Source: Clostridiales bacterium (GTDB lineage Bacteria; Bacillota; Clostridia; Christensenellales; UBA1242). Taken from it: 64,000 nucleotides of DNA. The position numbers and the translations under genes were made by a program. Positions 25,916 to 35,285 of the stretch are shown here, one piece after another (within the stretch, counting starts at the first letter, position 1; the number at the start of each line of letters is the position of its first letter). The notes under the pieces were generated by a model. That model saw only the letters and a list, made by a program, of their open reading frames with translations, was not told the origin of the DNA and did not search any database. Location of the stretch: contig SVIQ01000003.1 of NCBI GenBank assembly GCA_015069415.1, positions 19,300 to 83,299 on the forward strand, in the 5' to 3' direction.

Positions 25916-26632
25916 ATGAGATATTTATTAATCGTTAGTTACAACGGAATCAACTATTCCGGATTTCAAAAACAAAAAAAAGGAAACACTATTCAGGATG
26001 AACTTGAAAACGCAATTAAAATTTTTTTAAAAGAAGAAATTAATTGTGTAGGAAGCGGAAGAACAGATGCAAAAGTTTCTGCATATATGCAACCAGTTCA
26101 TTTTGAAACAGAGAAAGAAATTGAAAGCGAAAAATTCCTTCGTTCAGTCAATGCAATACTACCTGAAGATATTAAAATTTTAAGCATTACCAAAACAAAA
26201 CTTCACGCAAGATTTTCAGCAAAAAGAAAAACCTATTGCTACAAAATGTACTCTTCAAACATTGAACTGCCTTTAATGAAAGATGCTTTAAAAATAAGTC
26301 CAAATTTAAATTTTAAACATATGAAAAAGTTTTTAAAGATGATTGTTGGAACTCATGATTTTGAAGGATTTAAAGCAAGCGGAAGTTCAACTGAGACAAG
26401 CGTTAGAACCATTTACAAAGCAAAGTTAATTAAGCAAGGAGCGTATTTAAATTTCTACATTACAGGAAACGGATTCTTGTACAAAATGGTTAGAAACATT
26501 GTTGGAACAATGTTAAAAATCGGCGAAGGGAAATTATCTCTTGACGAAGTAAAAAAATCGTTGTTTACTTCTTACAAATGCACCAACACTGCAAAGCCAG
26601 ATTACTTGTACTTGTTGAATGTAAAATATTAA
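25916..26632 (+). CDS. truA: tRNA pseudouridine(38-40) synthase TruA
   Basis: MRYLLIVSYNGINYSGFQKQ... and GSGRTDAKVSA (catalytic Asp motif). The TTG-initiated N-extension in the ORF track is translated promoter DNA. Confidence 0.85.
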   Translation: MRYLLIVSYNGINYSGFQKQKKGNTIQDELENAIKIFLKEEINCVGSGRTDAKVSAYMQPVHFETEKEIESEKFLRSVNAILPEDIKILSITKTKLHARFSAKRKTYCYKMYSSNIELPLMKDALKISPNLNFKHMKKFLKMIVGTHDFEGFKASGSSTETSVRTIYKAKLIKQGAYLNFYITGNGFLYKMVRNIVGTMLKIGEGKLSLDEVKKSLFTSYKCTNTAKPDYLYLLNVKY

Positions 26633-26645
26633 TTAAGGAGGAATT

Positions 26646-27371
26646 ATGAAAAGCAACAAAACAAAATCTTTAATTCTTGCTTACCTTTACAGCAGTTTAA
26701 TTATTCTTGCCGGAGCGATTATTTGGGGACTACTTTACTACTCCGGATTATTCGCTGCAATCATTAGTATTTTTCAAATCTATTTAGCTCATTATGTTTT
26801 CACAAAAAAATCTAGATCAAATTGGATTGCTCTTTTATACTTAAGTATTTTAACAATAGTTTTAAATTCTTTCTCAATTATCATAGCTGACATTTTAGCC
26901 ATTGCCTCTAAACTAGAACTTTCATTTAGCAGAACTTTCAAAATCTATTTTGATTTAATTAAATCTATTGACGAATTTAAAAGCACTGTAACAAAATCTT
27001 TATGGCAATCTATTCTTTTCACAGTAATTGGTATAGCGATAACAATCATTGACATCAATCAAAGAAAAAATAGAGTGCTCAAAATTGAAAAAAGTAGATT
27101 GAATATTCCAAAGTCTGACTCAGTCTTTGATCCCAATCAAACATACGTTAACTTGTATAATGAAGTAAACATTTCTTACAAAAAATTCAAAGAAAGCAAA
27201 GATGAAAAAACATTCAAATTTGATTTGCTTGCAATTAAAGATAAATATATTAAGCTTTTGACAAAAGACGAAATAGATATGTTAAAAGAAAGATTAAACA
27301 AGCAAAAAGAATCAAATCCTGAAAACGAACAAACCGACGTATTGAAAATTATTGAAAGCTTGCTTAACTAA
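26646..27371 (+). CDS. hypothetical membrane protein with a charged C-terminal domain
   Basis: 241-aa ORF with an AAGGAGG SD and 4 TM-like helices. Confidence 0.55.
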   Translation: MKSNKTKSLILAYLYSSLIILAGAIIWGLLYYSGLFAAIISIFQIYLAHYVFTKKSRSNWIALLYLSILTIVLNSFSIIIADILAIASKLELSFSRTFKIYFDLIKSIDEFKSTVTKSLWQSILFTVIGIAITIIDINQRKNRVLKIEKSRLNIPKSDSVFDPNQTYVNLYNEVNISYKKFKESKDEKTFKFDLLAIKDKYIKLLTKDEIDMLKERLNKQKESNPENEQTDVLKIIESLLN

Positions 27372-27406
27372 GAAAAAGAAAATTGTCATGAATTTCAAAA
27401 TTTCTA

Positions 27407-27435
27407 TTGACAATTTTTTTTGTTTTATATATAAT
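27407..27435 (+). promoter_or_regulatory. promoter TTGACA-17-TATAAT of rplM-rpsI, followed by a ~100-nt leader
   Basis: Exact consensus hexamers. The leader 27443..27543 may be an L13-type autoregulatory leader, but this was not verified. Confidence 0.6.
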
Positions 27436-27543
27436 ATAAAAGTATTGCTCGCTAAAAGGTTGATTCTGCCACACGGACTCAAAGCTTTTAGTTTAACCCT
27501 GAACGCGAAATAAAGGGTATTAATTTTTAAGGAGAAATATAAA

Positions 27544-27981
27544 ATGAAAACAATTATGGCAAGACCAGCCACAGTTGAAAAGAAATGGTACATTATCGAT
27601 GCTGAAGGTAAGGCTTTAGGTCGCGTAGCTAGCGAAGTTGCTACTCTTCTTAGAGGTAAGCACAAACCTACTTTCACTCCAAATGTAGACTGTGGTGACA
27701 ATGTAATCGTATTGAACAGTGACAAAATCGTGTTAACTGGAAAGAAAACTGAACAAAAGTACTTTAAACGTTATTCTGGTTTCACTTCAGGTCTTAAATT
27801 AATTCAATACAAGAAAATGATGGAAGAACACAGTGACGTTGCTTTAATGAGAGCAATTAAAGGTATGCTTCCAAAGAACACTCTTGGTAGAACAATGGCT
27901 AAACACTGCTTAATCTACAAAGGTGCTGAGCACAAGAACCAAGCTCAAAAACCAGAAGTATGGAACGGAGGTAAGAACTAA
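27544..27981 (+). CDS. rplM: 50S ribosomal protein L13
   Basis: [30 protein letters not shown]. Confidence 0.95.
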   Translation: MKTIMARPATVEKKWYIIDAEGKALGRVASEVATLLRGKHKPTFTPNVDCGDNVIVLNSDKIVLTGKKTEQKYFKRYSGFTSGLKLIQYKKMMEEHSDVALMRAIKGMLPKNTLGRTMAKHCLIYKGAEHKNQAQKPEVWNGGKN

Positions 27982-28430
27982 TGAGTGAAGAAATCGTTGA
28001 AAAGAAAGTAAGAAAAACTGCAACTAAGAAAACTACAGCTAAAGCTCAAGAATTTCTTGGAACAGGTAGAAGAAAATGCTCAGTAGCTCGTGTACGCGTT
28101 ACAACTGGTACTGGTGCTATCACAATCAATGGCAAATCTCTTGATGAGTACTTTGATCTTGAAACTCTTAAAACTATCGTTAAACAACCTTTAGTTTTAA
28201 CTGAAACTCTTAACAATGTTGACGTAGTAGTTAACATTTACGGTGGAGGAAAAGCTGGACAAGCTGGTGCTATTAGACATGGTATCACTCGTGCATTAAT
28301 CGAGTTTAGACCAGAACTTAGACCAGAACTTAAGAAAGCAGGTTTCGTTACTCGTGACGCTAGAAAGAAAGAACGTAAGAAATACGGACTTAAGAAAGCA
28401 CGTCGTGCTCCACAATTTAGCAAACGTTAA
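27981..28430 (+). CDS. rpsI: 30S ribosomal protein S9 (with a Lys-rich N-extension)
   Basis: [12 protein letters not shown]...[19 protein letters not shown]...[18 protein letters not shown]. Confidence 0.95.
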   Translation: MSEEIVEKKVRKTATKKTTAKAQEFLGTGRRKCSVARVRVTTGTGAITINGKSLDEYFDLETLKTIVKQPLVLTETLNNVDVVVNIYGGGKAGQAGAIRHGITRALIEFRPELRPELKKAGFVTRDARKKERKKYGLKKARRAPQFSKR

Positions 28431-28440
28431 GAAACAAAAG

Positions 28441-28468
28441 AAGATGGATTTATTGTCCATCTTTTTTC
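28441..28468 (+). terminator. rho-independent terminator after rpsI
   Basis: AAGATGGA-TTTATTG-TCCATCTT followed by TTTT. A second bidirectional hairpin lies at about 28483..28516. Confidence 0.75.
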
Positions 28469-28616
28469 ATTTTCAACATATTAAAAAAGACTCAACTAAA
28501 ATTGAGTCTTTTTATTTTACACATTCCAGCTTGTAGTTTCTGAATTTCTTAAAATTTTTACTTAATTTTCTTGATTATTCTTACAAGTTCTAGTAAAAAA
28601 AGAGGTTAAAACCTCT

Positions 28617-29063
28617 TTATTTAAATTCGTAACCGCACTTTTCACAGAATTTTGCAGTACCACTATTTTTAGTTTTGCATTCAGGACAATCTTTCATGCC
28701 TAAACCAGTTTCTTGTTGTGTTCCACAGTGTTCACAAATTTGAGCTTTTTTAGAAATCACTCTGCCACATTTGTCACAAAGTCTAACATCTTTAATTTTG
28801 CCAGTAGTGTTAAGATCTCTTACACTATGCCAAGTGTTAATCATACTTGTTGCAATACAAATTAAAACTACTCCAAACACCACCAACGCCAAACAAACAA
28901 CACTAGCAACAGCCAAAATTATCCACTTTGACCAATGAGACATTTCCATTACTGCATATGCACCACCAAATGCAGAAGCACCAGCCAATGCAATAACAAG
29001 TAAAGCAAATAAAATTAAAGTAAATTTTCCGTATTTTTTCTCTCTGTATCTAAACAAACACAT
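28617..29063 (-). CDS. membrane protein with a C-terminal double zinc ribbon
   Basis: 2-3 TM helices, then CDKCG...CEHCG and CPECK...CEKCG. Confidence 0.6.
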   Translation of the reverse strand: MCLFRYREKKYGKFTLILFALLVIALAGASAFGGAYAVMEMSHWSKWIILAVASVVCLALVVFGVVLICIATSMINTWHSVRDLNTTGKIKDVRLCDKCGRVISKKAQICEHCGTQQETGLGMKDCPECKTKNSGTAKFCEKCGYEFK

Positions 29064-29075
29064 AATTCACCTCTT

Positions 29076-30194
29076 CTAAAGTTTTGTTCCGCAATCTGGA
29101 CAGAATTTAGCGTTTGAATCTAATTCTTTTCCACATTTTGAGCATACTTTTCCACTCTTTAACAATTTTTCACCACAACTAGAACAGAATTTGCTATTTT
29201 TTCTAATTGGTTCTCCGCACTTAGGACAAGACAATGCTTGAGTAGCCCCACATTCTGGACAGAACTTTGATTTTCCAGGAATTGATGCTCCACATTTAGC
29301 GCAATTAATCACAACTTGACGTTTAGAATCTTTTGCAGATCTTACACTTTCATTAAACATTTCACCAACATGCATTCCTGCGCTAACACCAATGCCAAGT
29401 CCAGCCATATTTGAACCATTAGGATTATTTGCTGCATCTCCCATAGCATTTGCAGCTTTGAATTGAGTGTATGTTCCCATTTTGTCAGCAATAACACCCA
29501 ACTTTGTTCTTTCATCCAACATCTTTTCAACATCTTCTGGAAGTGACAAGTTTTCAATTACAAATCTTGTAACTTGAAGCCCAAGTGGACCAAACTCTTC
29601 TTTTGCATGTTTTTCAACAATCTTTGAAATATCTTTATAATGAGCAGCAAGGTCAAGAGCTGACAATTTGCTTTCTCCAATTGCATCTGTTAACAACTGA
29701 ACCAATGTAGACTTATATTGATCAACAATGTCACCTACTCTGTACACAGCGTTCGTTCCGAAACATTCCCTCATGAAAGCCACTGGATCATTTACTTTAA
29801 TTGCAAAAGTTCCGTAACCTCTAAGTCTAATGTTTCCGAAATCAACATCTCTCATCATTATAGGATTTTGAGTACCCCATTTGAGTCCCATAAATCTCTT
29901 TGTATTTACAAAATAAATTTCTGCTTTAATACGTGAATTTCCACCTGTAGGCAAGCTTAACATTTTAGTCAAGAACGGAATGTTTTCAGTTGCAAGTTTG
30001 TAAGTACCAGGTCCAAACACATCCGCAACTTCACCCTTGTGAACAAAAATTGCCACTTGACTTTCTCTTACAATCAATGTAGAGCTGTTCATAATTTCTT
30101 CGCGTTTGTCCGTAAAGTAACGATAAACCATAACATCATTACTAACATCTTTCCATTCAATAACGTCTAATAATTGTTTTCCAAAAAATCCCAT
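29076..30194 (-). CDS. YdjI-like SPFH/Band-7-superfamily protein with three C-terminal zinc ribbons
   Basis: N-terminus MGFFGKQLLDVIEW...LIVRESQVAIFVHKGEV is typical of the YdjI/virion-core-like SPFH family. The tail carries four CxxC pairs (KFCPECG, KFCSSCG, KVCSKCG, KFCPDCG). Confidence 0.6.
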   Translation of the reverse strand: MGFFGKQLLDVIEWKDVSNDVMVYRYFTDKREEIMNSSTLIVRESQVAIFVHKGEVADVFGPGTYKLATENIPFLTKMLSLPTGGNSRIKAEIYFVNTKRFMGLKWGTQNPIMMRDVDFGNIRLRGYGTFAIKVNDPVAFMRECFGTNAVYRVGDIVDQYKSTLVQLLTDAIGESKLSALDLAAHYKDISKIVEKHAKEEFGPLGLQVTRFVIENLSLPEDVEKMLDERTKLGVIADKMGTYTQFKAANAMGDAANNPNGSNMAGLGIGVSAGMHVGEMFNESVRSAKDSKRQVVINCAKCGASIPGKSKFCPECGATQALSCPKCGEPIRKNSKFCSSCGEKLLKSGKVCSKCGKELDSNAKFCPDCGTKL

Positions 30195-30203
30195 TAGTTC
30201 CTC

Positions 30204-30431
30204 CTATTTTTTATCCTTATGTTTGACATTTATTTTTAAATCAATCGGCTTAAAAATGTCAATTTCTTCTTTGAACAAATCATTCAATTTTTTTTCCAAT
30301 TCTTTTTCTTCGTCAAAAGTTTTTTCCTCTCGCTTTTTAAAGAACGGATTAGCACTAGAACAATACGCACACTTTGGATTAAATTCTTCTAGATTTGCCC
30401 CGCAATTTTTACATTTATATGATGTATTCAT
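30204..30431 (-). CDS. small zinc-ribbon protein
   Basis: 75 aa with CKNCG...CAYCS, immediately upstream of the SPFH gene. Confidence 0.5.
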   Translation of the reverse strand: MNTSYKCKNCGANLEEFNPKCAYCSSANPFFKKREEKTFDEEKELEKKLNDLFKEEIDIFKPIDLKINVKHKDKK

Positions 30432-30472
30432 GTTATTATTTTAACATTATTTTTATTTATAAGCAAATATTT

Positions 30473-31315
30473 CTACAAATTTTTCTTATTTTCTTTTTTG
30501 TTATTTACTTTTCTTTCTTTTAAAATTTTATCATCATTTATGTTATCTTTGTCGGAATTATCATTCATGCCACTTTCTTTTTTCTTTTTAGAAAACAACT
30601 GTTTAAGAGTTTCATCAATCTTGTCTTGAAATTTGACACTTAAGAAGAAAAGAATTCCAATGAAAATCAAAATCACAGCCCAAACAATAAGTCCCCAACC
30701 ATGGAAAGGTATTATCGAACCACTTCCAAAGAATACTGTGCAAAGAATTCCAACTCCTCTTGCCAAAACATTTGTCCAAAAGAAGAACTTGAAACTCATA
30801 TTAGTCATTCCCGCCACCACGCATAATATATCATCTGGGAAAACTGGGAAAAACATCATTAAGAAATAAAGATATTTTCCGTGTGACATTTTATTTTGCC
30901 ACTTTTCGCTCTCTTCTTTCCCAACTATCCAATTAAGAAATCCTTTACCAGCCTTTCGTCCAATAACGAACATTATGACACTACCAATCATAACAGCAAA
31001 GTAACTTAGGAAAAACGCTTCCCACTTACCAAACACTAGAGCTCCAGCAATTGTAACAATGAAAGCCGGAATTTGAAGAATTGTTGTTTGTAAAATTTGA
31101 AAAATTAAAAAGATTAAGACACTGAAGACCCCACCTCGTTCTACAATTTTTCTAATTTTTTCTATTGAATTTACTTTTTCCCAAAGATTAGTAATCTTTA
31201 AAATGAAAATTCCAACAGCAAAAACTAGTGCTAAACAAAGAACGATTAGCACCAATCTCATAATTTTCCCATGCGTAGTGTTTTTATCAAACAGTTTCTT
31301 AATCTTTTCTTTCAT
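30473..31315 (-). CDS. TVP38/TMEM64 (DedA-related) family membrane protein
   Basis: QILQTTILQIPAFIVTIAGALVFG...IGSVIMFVIGRKAGKGFL is the signature region of the family. Confidence 0.6.
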   Translation of the reverse strand: MKEKIKKLFDKNTTHGKIMRLVLIVLCLALVFAVGIFILKITNLWEKVNSIEKIRKIVERGGVFSVLIFLIFQILQTTILQIPAFIVTIAGALVFGKWEAFFLSYFAVMIGSVIMFVIGRKAGKGFLNWIVGKEESEKWQNKMSHGKYLYFLMMFFPVFPDDILCVVAGMTNMSFKFFFWTNVLARGVGILCTVFFGSGSIIPFHGWGLIVWAVILIFIGILFFLSVKFQDKIDETLKQLFSKKKKESGMNDNSDKDNINDDKILKERKVNNKKENKKNL

Positions 31316-31345
31316 TTAATTTTATTATATTCTTAATTTTTCTAT

Positions 31346-32761
31346 TTAATCTTCAATTTCAGCTATTTTAATTAAATTTGTTCCTGTAGACTTTTTAGGA
31401 GTTCCACATGTTATAACAATTAAATCTCCACGCTTTGCAAATTTATGTTCTAAACAATGTTTTCCTGCTATTTTGAACATTTCATCCGTTGTGTTATATG
31501 CAGGAGTTTTAATTGGGACAACACCCCAAATCAATTCCATTTGTCTGTATGTCTTTTCGTTGAAAGTTGCACCTATGATAGTCTTTGACGGTCTAAAACG
31601 ACTAATCAAACCAACACTCAAACCAGAACTCGTGAATGATACTATAGCTTTAATATTATTCATAAAACTCGCGTCCACTGCACTATATGAAATAATGTCT
31701 GTAGTATTTAAAAGTTCAACGTTTACAGGTTTATTGAATTGATTGTTATAATTAATATGAAGTTCTGCATTTTCCGCAACTCTTGACATCGTCTTTATTG
31801 CTTCGACCGGATATTTACCCATTGCAGTTTCACCAGAAAGCATTACACAACTAGTTCCGTCAAACACTGCGTTTGCAATATCAGTTACCTCAGCCCTAGT
31901 TGGACGATTATTGTTTATCATACTTTCAAGCATTTCTGTTGCTGTAATTACAGCCTTTCCTTTACTTACAGCTTTTTTAATTATTGTCTTTTGAATGTAA
32001 GGCAGTCTTTCAATCGGAACTTCAACACCTAAATCTCCACGAGCGACCATAATAGCATCTGTAACTTCGATAATTTCATCAATATTATCAACTCCACATT
32101 GAGATTCAATTTTTGAAATAATTTTCATATCTCCATTATTGTCTTCAATGAATTTTCTTAAAACTAACACATCATTTTTGGAGTTTACAAAACTTGCTGC
32201 AATTAAATCAACATCATTCTCTATTGCCCATAATATATCTTTTTTATCAGCGTCATTTAGGTAAGGTATTTTAAATTTTACACCAGGAATAAACAAACTT
32301 TTTCTGTTGTAAATAGTTCCAGAATTTTCAGCGCGACAAATAATATCTTTTCCGTCAACTTTCATTACTTTAAAACCTATAAGTCCGTCGCAAGCTAAAA
32401 TCTTGTCACCAGCTTTCACACTTTTAGCTATTCCTGTCATATTTAGAGAAACAACAGTTTCATTACCAAGCAAAATTTTTTCTGTAAAAGTAAATGTTTG
32501 ACCTTTCTTAATTTGAGCCTCTCCAGCCTCAAAAATCTTAACACGAATTTCAGGTCCTCTTGTGTCAATCATAATCGGCAAAGGAACGCTTAATTCTTTC
32601 CTAATCTTTTTTACATTTTTTACAATTTCGTCCATATCTCCAAGACGACTATGTGATAAATTTATACGTATAACATTAAGTCCCGCTTGCACCATTTTTT
32701 TCATTATAGCATAATCAAAACTAGATGGACCAATCGTCGCTACAATTTTTGTCTTTCTCAT
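31346..32761 (-). CDS. pyk: pyruvate kinase
   Basis: MRKTKIVATIGP...MVARGDLGVEVP...SGETA. Start set at the ATG following AAAGGGG. Confidence 0.93.
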   Translation of the reverse strand: MRKTKIVATIGPSSFDYAIMKKMVQAGLNVIRINLSHSRLGDMDEIVKNVKKIRKELSVPLPIMIDTRGPEIRVKIFEAGEAQIKKGQTFTFTEKILLGNETVVSLNMTGIAKSVKAGDKILACDGLIGFKVMKVDGKDIICRAENSGTIYNRKSLFIPGVKFKIPYLNDADKKDILWAIENDVDLIAASFVNSKNDVLVLRKFIEDNNGDMKIISKIESQCGVDNIDEIIEVTDAIMVARGDLGVEVPIERLPYIQKTIIKKAVSKGKAVITATEMLESMINNNRPTRAEVTDIANAVFDGTSCVMLSGETAMGKYPVEAIKTMSRVAENAELHINYNNQFNKPVNVELLNTTDIISYSAVDASFMNNIKAIVSFTSSGLSVGLISRFRPSKTIIGATFNEKTYRQMELIWGVVPIKTPAYNTTDEMFKIAGKHCLEHKFAKRGDLIVITCGTPKKSTGTNLIKIAEIED

Positions 32762-32954
32762 AAACACCCCTTTTTTTAATTATAGCAAATGCAACTTTAT
32801 TTTACAATTAAATGAACAAGAAAATTATTTCTAATACATTGCAAAACAATTTAAAAAAAATAAAAAATTAATAAAACATTTAAACAAATTAATGAAAAAT
32901 ATTTATTAAAACTAAAAAATTCATAAAAAATTTAGTAAATTTTAAAAAATACCA

Positions 32955-32982
32955 TTGAAAACTAAAATTTTTATGATATAAT
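32955..32982 (+). promoter_or_regulatory. ssrA promoter TTGAAA-16-TATAAT with an extended -10 TG
   Basis: TTGAAA at 32955..32960, TGATATAAT ending at 32982, about 25 nt before the mature 5' end. Confidence 0.6.
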
Positions 32983-33007
32983 TTAAGTATGGAAATTTTC
33001 CAAACAT

Positions 33008-33361
33008 GGGGATGAACTAGTTTCGACTGGTGTAATTTGTCATGATACGCACGTCGAGGGACACCTCGCAAATCATGTGTTCGATTTGACTCGAACTTAA
33101 ATAAACGCAAACGAAAACAAATTAGCAATGGCTGCTTAGTGCGCCTGCCGTCAGTTTAATCGTACCGATAGGTTAAAGTCTGGCGTCGATTATCGGTGAA
33201 CTTCAATTTGAACTTTCTCATTCAATTTGACGACAAACGAGGATAGAAATTAATCAGTGTCAATGTTAATGATTAGTTTTGAATTTACTCATTGACTAAA
33301 CGTGTAGTGTATGATGCAACCTTGCATTAGGACATGGGTGCGACTCCCATCATCTCCACCA
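33008..33361 (+). ncRNA. ssrA: tmRNA (SsrA); tag reading frame ANENKLAMAA-stop at 33107..33139
   Basis: 5' GGGGATG... pairs with ...CATCTCC-A-CCA (G3:U70). T-arm GGGTGCGACTCCC. Tag ends in the canonical LAMAA/ALAA-like sequence followed by TAG. Confidence 0.92.
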
Positions 33362-33607
33362 AAAAAAACAAACAAATTGTTTGTTTTTTTTATTCTTTTC
33401 TATTCATTTTTCTTTTCTATATATCTAGTGATTAACCAGTCATTTAACAGTATGAGTAAATATAATTTTTTATAAAGTATTGCGTATCAGTAAAAACATA
33501 AACATTTTAATTTACAATAATTTTAATTTTTGTTACAATATGTTTGATAAAATATTTGAAATTTAAAAACAATTTTAACGCTTTTAATAGTTTTTTAGGA
33601 GTACTTT

Positions 33608-34936
33608 GTGAAATCAATACTTAAGAATATATGGAAATTTTTAAACGGAAAATCAACTAAAATTTACATAGCAAAACTTTTAATGATTGTTAGTGTTTAC
33701 ATTCCATCTATATTTTATAAACATTTTAGCTATGCAACAGTCGGACTTGCTGTTTTATTTATTCTATGTGAATTTTCAACTAGTTCAATTTTATGGTTAG
33801 TAATTACTGCACTAAACAGAGCCTATCTTTCAGACAACCAAATGATGATAGTTTATACAATATTCACAATTGTTCTTTTTATAAAATTTATTTTTCAATT
33901 AAGAAAAAAGGAAATTAATTACAAAAGCAAATATTTCTTGACTATATGCTCTTTATTTTTACTGTTTACAATCTTTGTAATGTTCCCATTTTCGAAATAT
34001 TATAACTTTTCCAATGCTTTGCGAACAGAAATTTTAATACTTATGCTAATTCTTTTATTTAGCCAAAGAAAAAATATCAATATTTATAACCTATTCTTAT
34101 CTTTCTTCATATATGTAATCTTAGTTTCATGTTTTATGCTTGCCCTACAAAATTATATTGAAGGAGCCACTCATTACAAATGCTGGTTTAACAACAATCT
34201 ATATGTAAGATTAGACGCTTTTTTAGGCAATCCAAACTTTGGCACAGCTATTATGCTTGTGGCACTGTCCGCATGGATTGTCTTATATAAAAAAGGTTTA
34301 TTAAAAAAATATGTTTATTTCTTTGGATTATTTGCTATTTCAAGTTTTATTATTTTAACCATTTCAAAAACTGGAGCAATAATTTTAACTTTATTAATAA
34401 TTTATGTTGTAACAGAAAGTATAATTCTAACAATTAAAACCAAAGACAAAAAACATCTGTATGAAATTTTATTTTATTTTGTGAGCATTTTAACTGCTTG
34501 TTTAGTATGTTTCAATCACACAGGAGCAATCTTAAACAGATTTTTCGGAAATCATCAATCTTCGCATTATGAACCGGGTTTAGACACTCTAACAACCGGA
34601 AGAGTTGGATTGTTGAAAAAATATTTAAAAGACATTTTCTCCTCACCAAGAACATTCCTCTTTGGTCATTGTGGAGTTTCAATTGTACACAATGTCTTCA
34701 TAGACTATATTTATCGAGTAGGACTTATTCCTACTATCATTCTAGGGATTATGTTAGTTATGTCAATTGATCCATTCTTTAAACAAATCAAACCATATGG
34801 AATTATTGCTTCATTAATAGTAATTTTAACATATTGTACAATAGGTTCAACATCACTAAAACATCTTCAACTTTACATCGTGGGATACTTAACAATATAT
34901 TTCTCAGCTCAACCTAACAATCAAAAAAGTAGTTAG
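33608..34936 (+). CDS. O-antigen ligase/polymerase (Wzy_C)-like polytopic membrane protein
   Basis: About 11 TM helices. FLGNPNFGTA loop and HNVFIDYIYRVGLIP motif typical of the family. GTG start after AGGAG. Confidence 0.6.
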   Translation: MKSILKNIWKFLNGKSTKIYIAKLLMIVSVYIPSIFYKHFSYATVGLAVLFILCEFSTSSILWLVITALNRAYLSDNQMMIVYTIFTIVLFIKFIFQLRKKEINYKSKYFLTICSLFLLFTIFVMFPFSKYYNFSNALRTEILILMLILLFSQRKNINIYNLFLSFFIYVILVSCFMLALQNYIEGATHYKCWFNNNLYVRLDAFLGNPNFGTAIMLVALSAWIVLYKKGLLKKYVYFFGLFAISSFIILTISKTGAIILTLLIIYVVTESIILTIKTKDKKHLYEILFYFVSILTACLVCFNHTGAILNRFFGNHQSSHYEPGLDTLTTGRVGLLKKYLKDIFSSPRTFLFGHCGVSIVHNVFIDYIYRVGLIPTIILGIMLVMSIDPFFKQIKPYGIIASLIVILTYCTIGSTSLKHLQLYIVGYLTIYFSAQPNNQKSS

Positions 34937-34946
34937 AATTTTCTAA

Positions 34947-35285
34947 CTACTTTCTTTCTTTTATAATCTCCATTGTGAAATTTTTATATTCTGAAACAAC
35001 TCTATCAAAAACTTTAAATATAATATCATATTCATAATCATCATATGTTTTTTGTTTCTTTATTTTTTCTAAGTCAAAACCAATAAAAACAAATTTTACT
35101 ATTTTGTCATTGTTATACCATAAAAATTCATCCAACATGCTTGCATTATAATTTAAATTTTCATAAGCTTGCCAATCCCCAAAACTTTTACCATCTAGCT
35201 CTCTATATAATTGTACGTAAAAATCTTTATAACTTTCATAATCATCTCTATTAAATATTATTTCTTTCATAGTTTCCTCCATCAT
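34947..35285 (-). CDS. barstar-like immunity protein
   Basis: 112 aa. ATGA overlap with the upstream barnase-like gene. An acidic helix region NYNASMLDEFLW and a beta-strand IVKFVFIGFD resemble barstar. Confidence 0.6.
   Translation of the reverse strand: MMEETMKEIIFNRDDYESYKDFYVQLYRELDGKSFGDWQAYENLNYNASMLDEFLWYNNDKIVKFVFIGFDLEKIKKQKTYDDYEYDIIFKVFDRVVSEYKNFTMEIIKERK

Noticed and set aside
27312-27725. 137-aa minus-strand ORF spanning the rplM promoter, leader and 5' coding region.
   Set aside because: It is antisense to a highly conserved ribosomal protein gene and a consensus promoter. It has no SD or family resemblance, so it is spurious.
32889-33128. 79-aa minus-strand ORF in the ORF track.
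   Set aside because: It overlaps the ssrA promoter and the 5' third of the tmRNA on the opposite strand. It has no SD and its composition is that of translated AT-rich and RNA-gene sequence, so it is treated as spurious.
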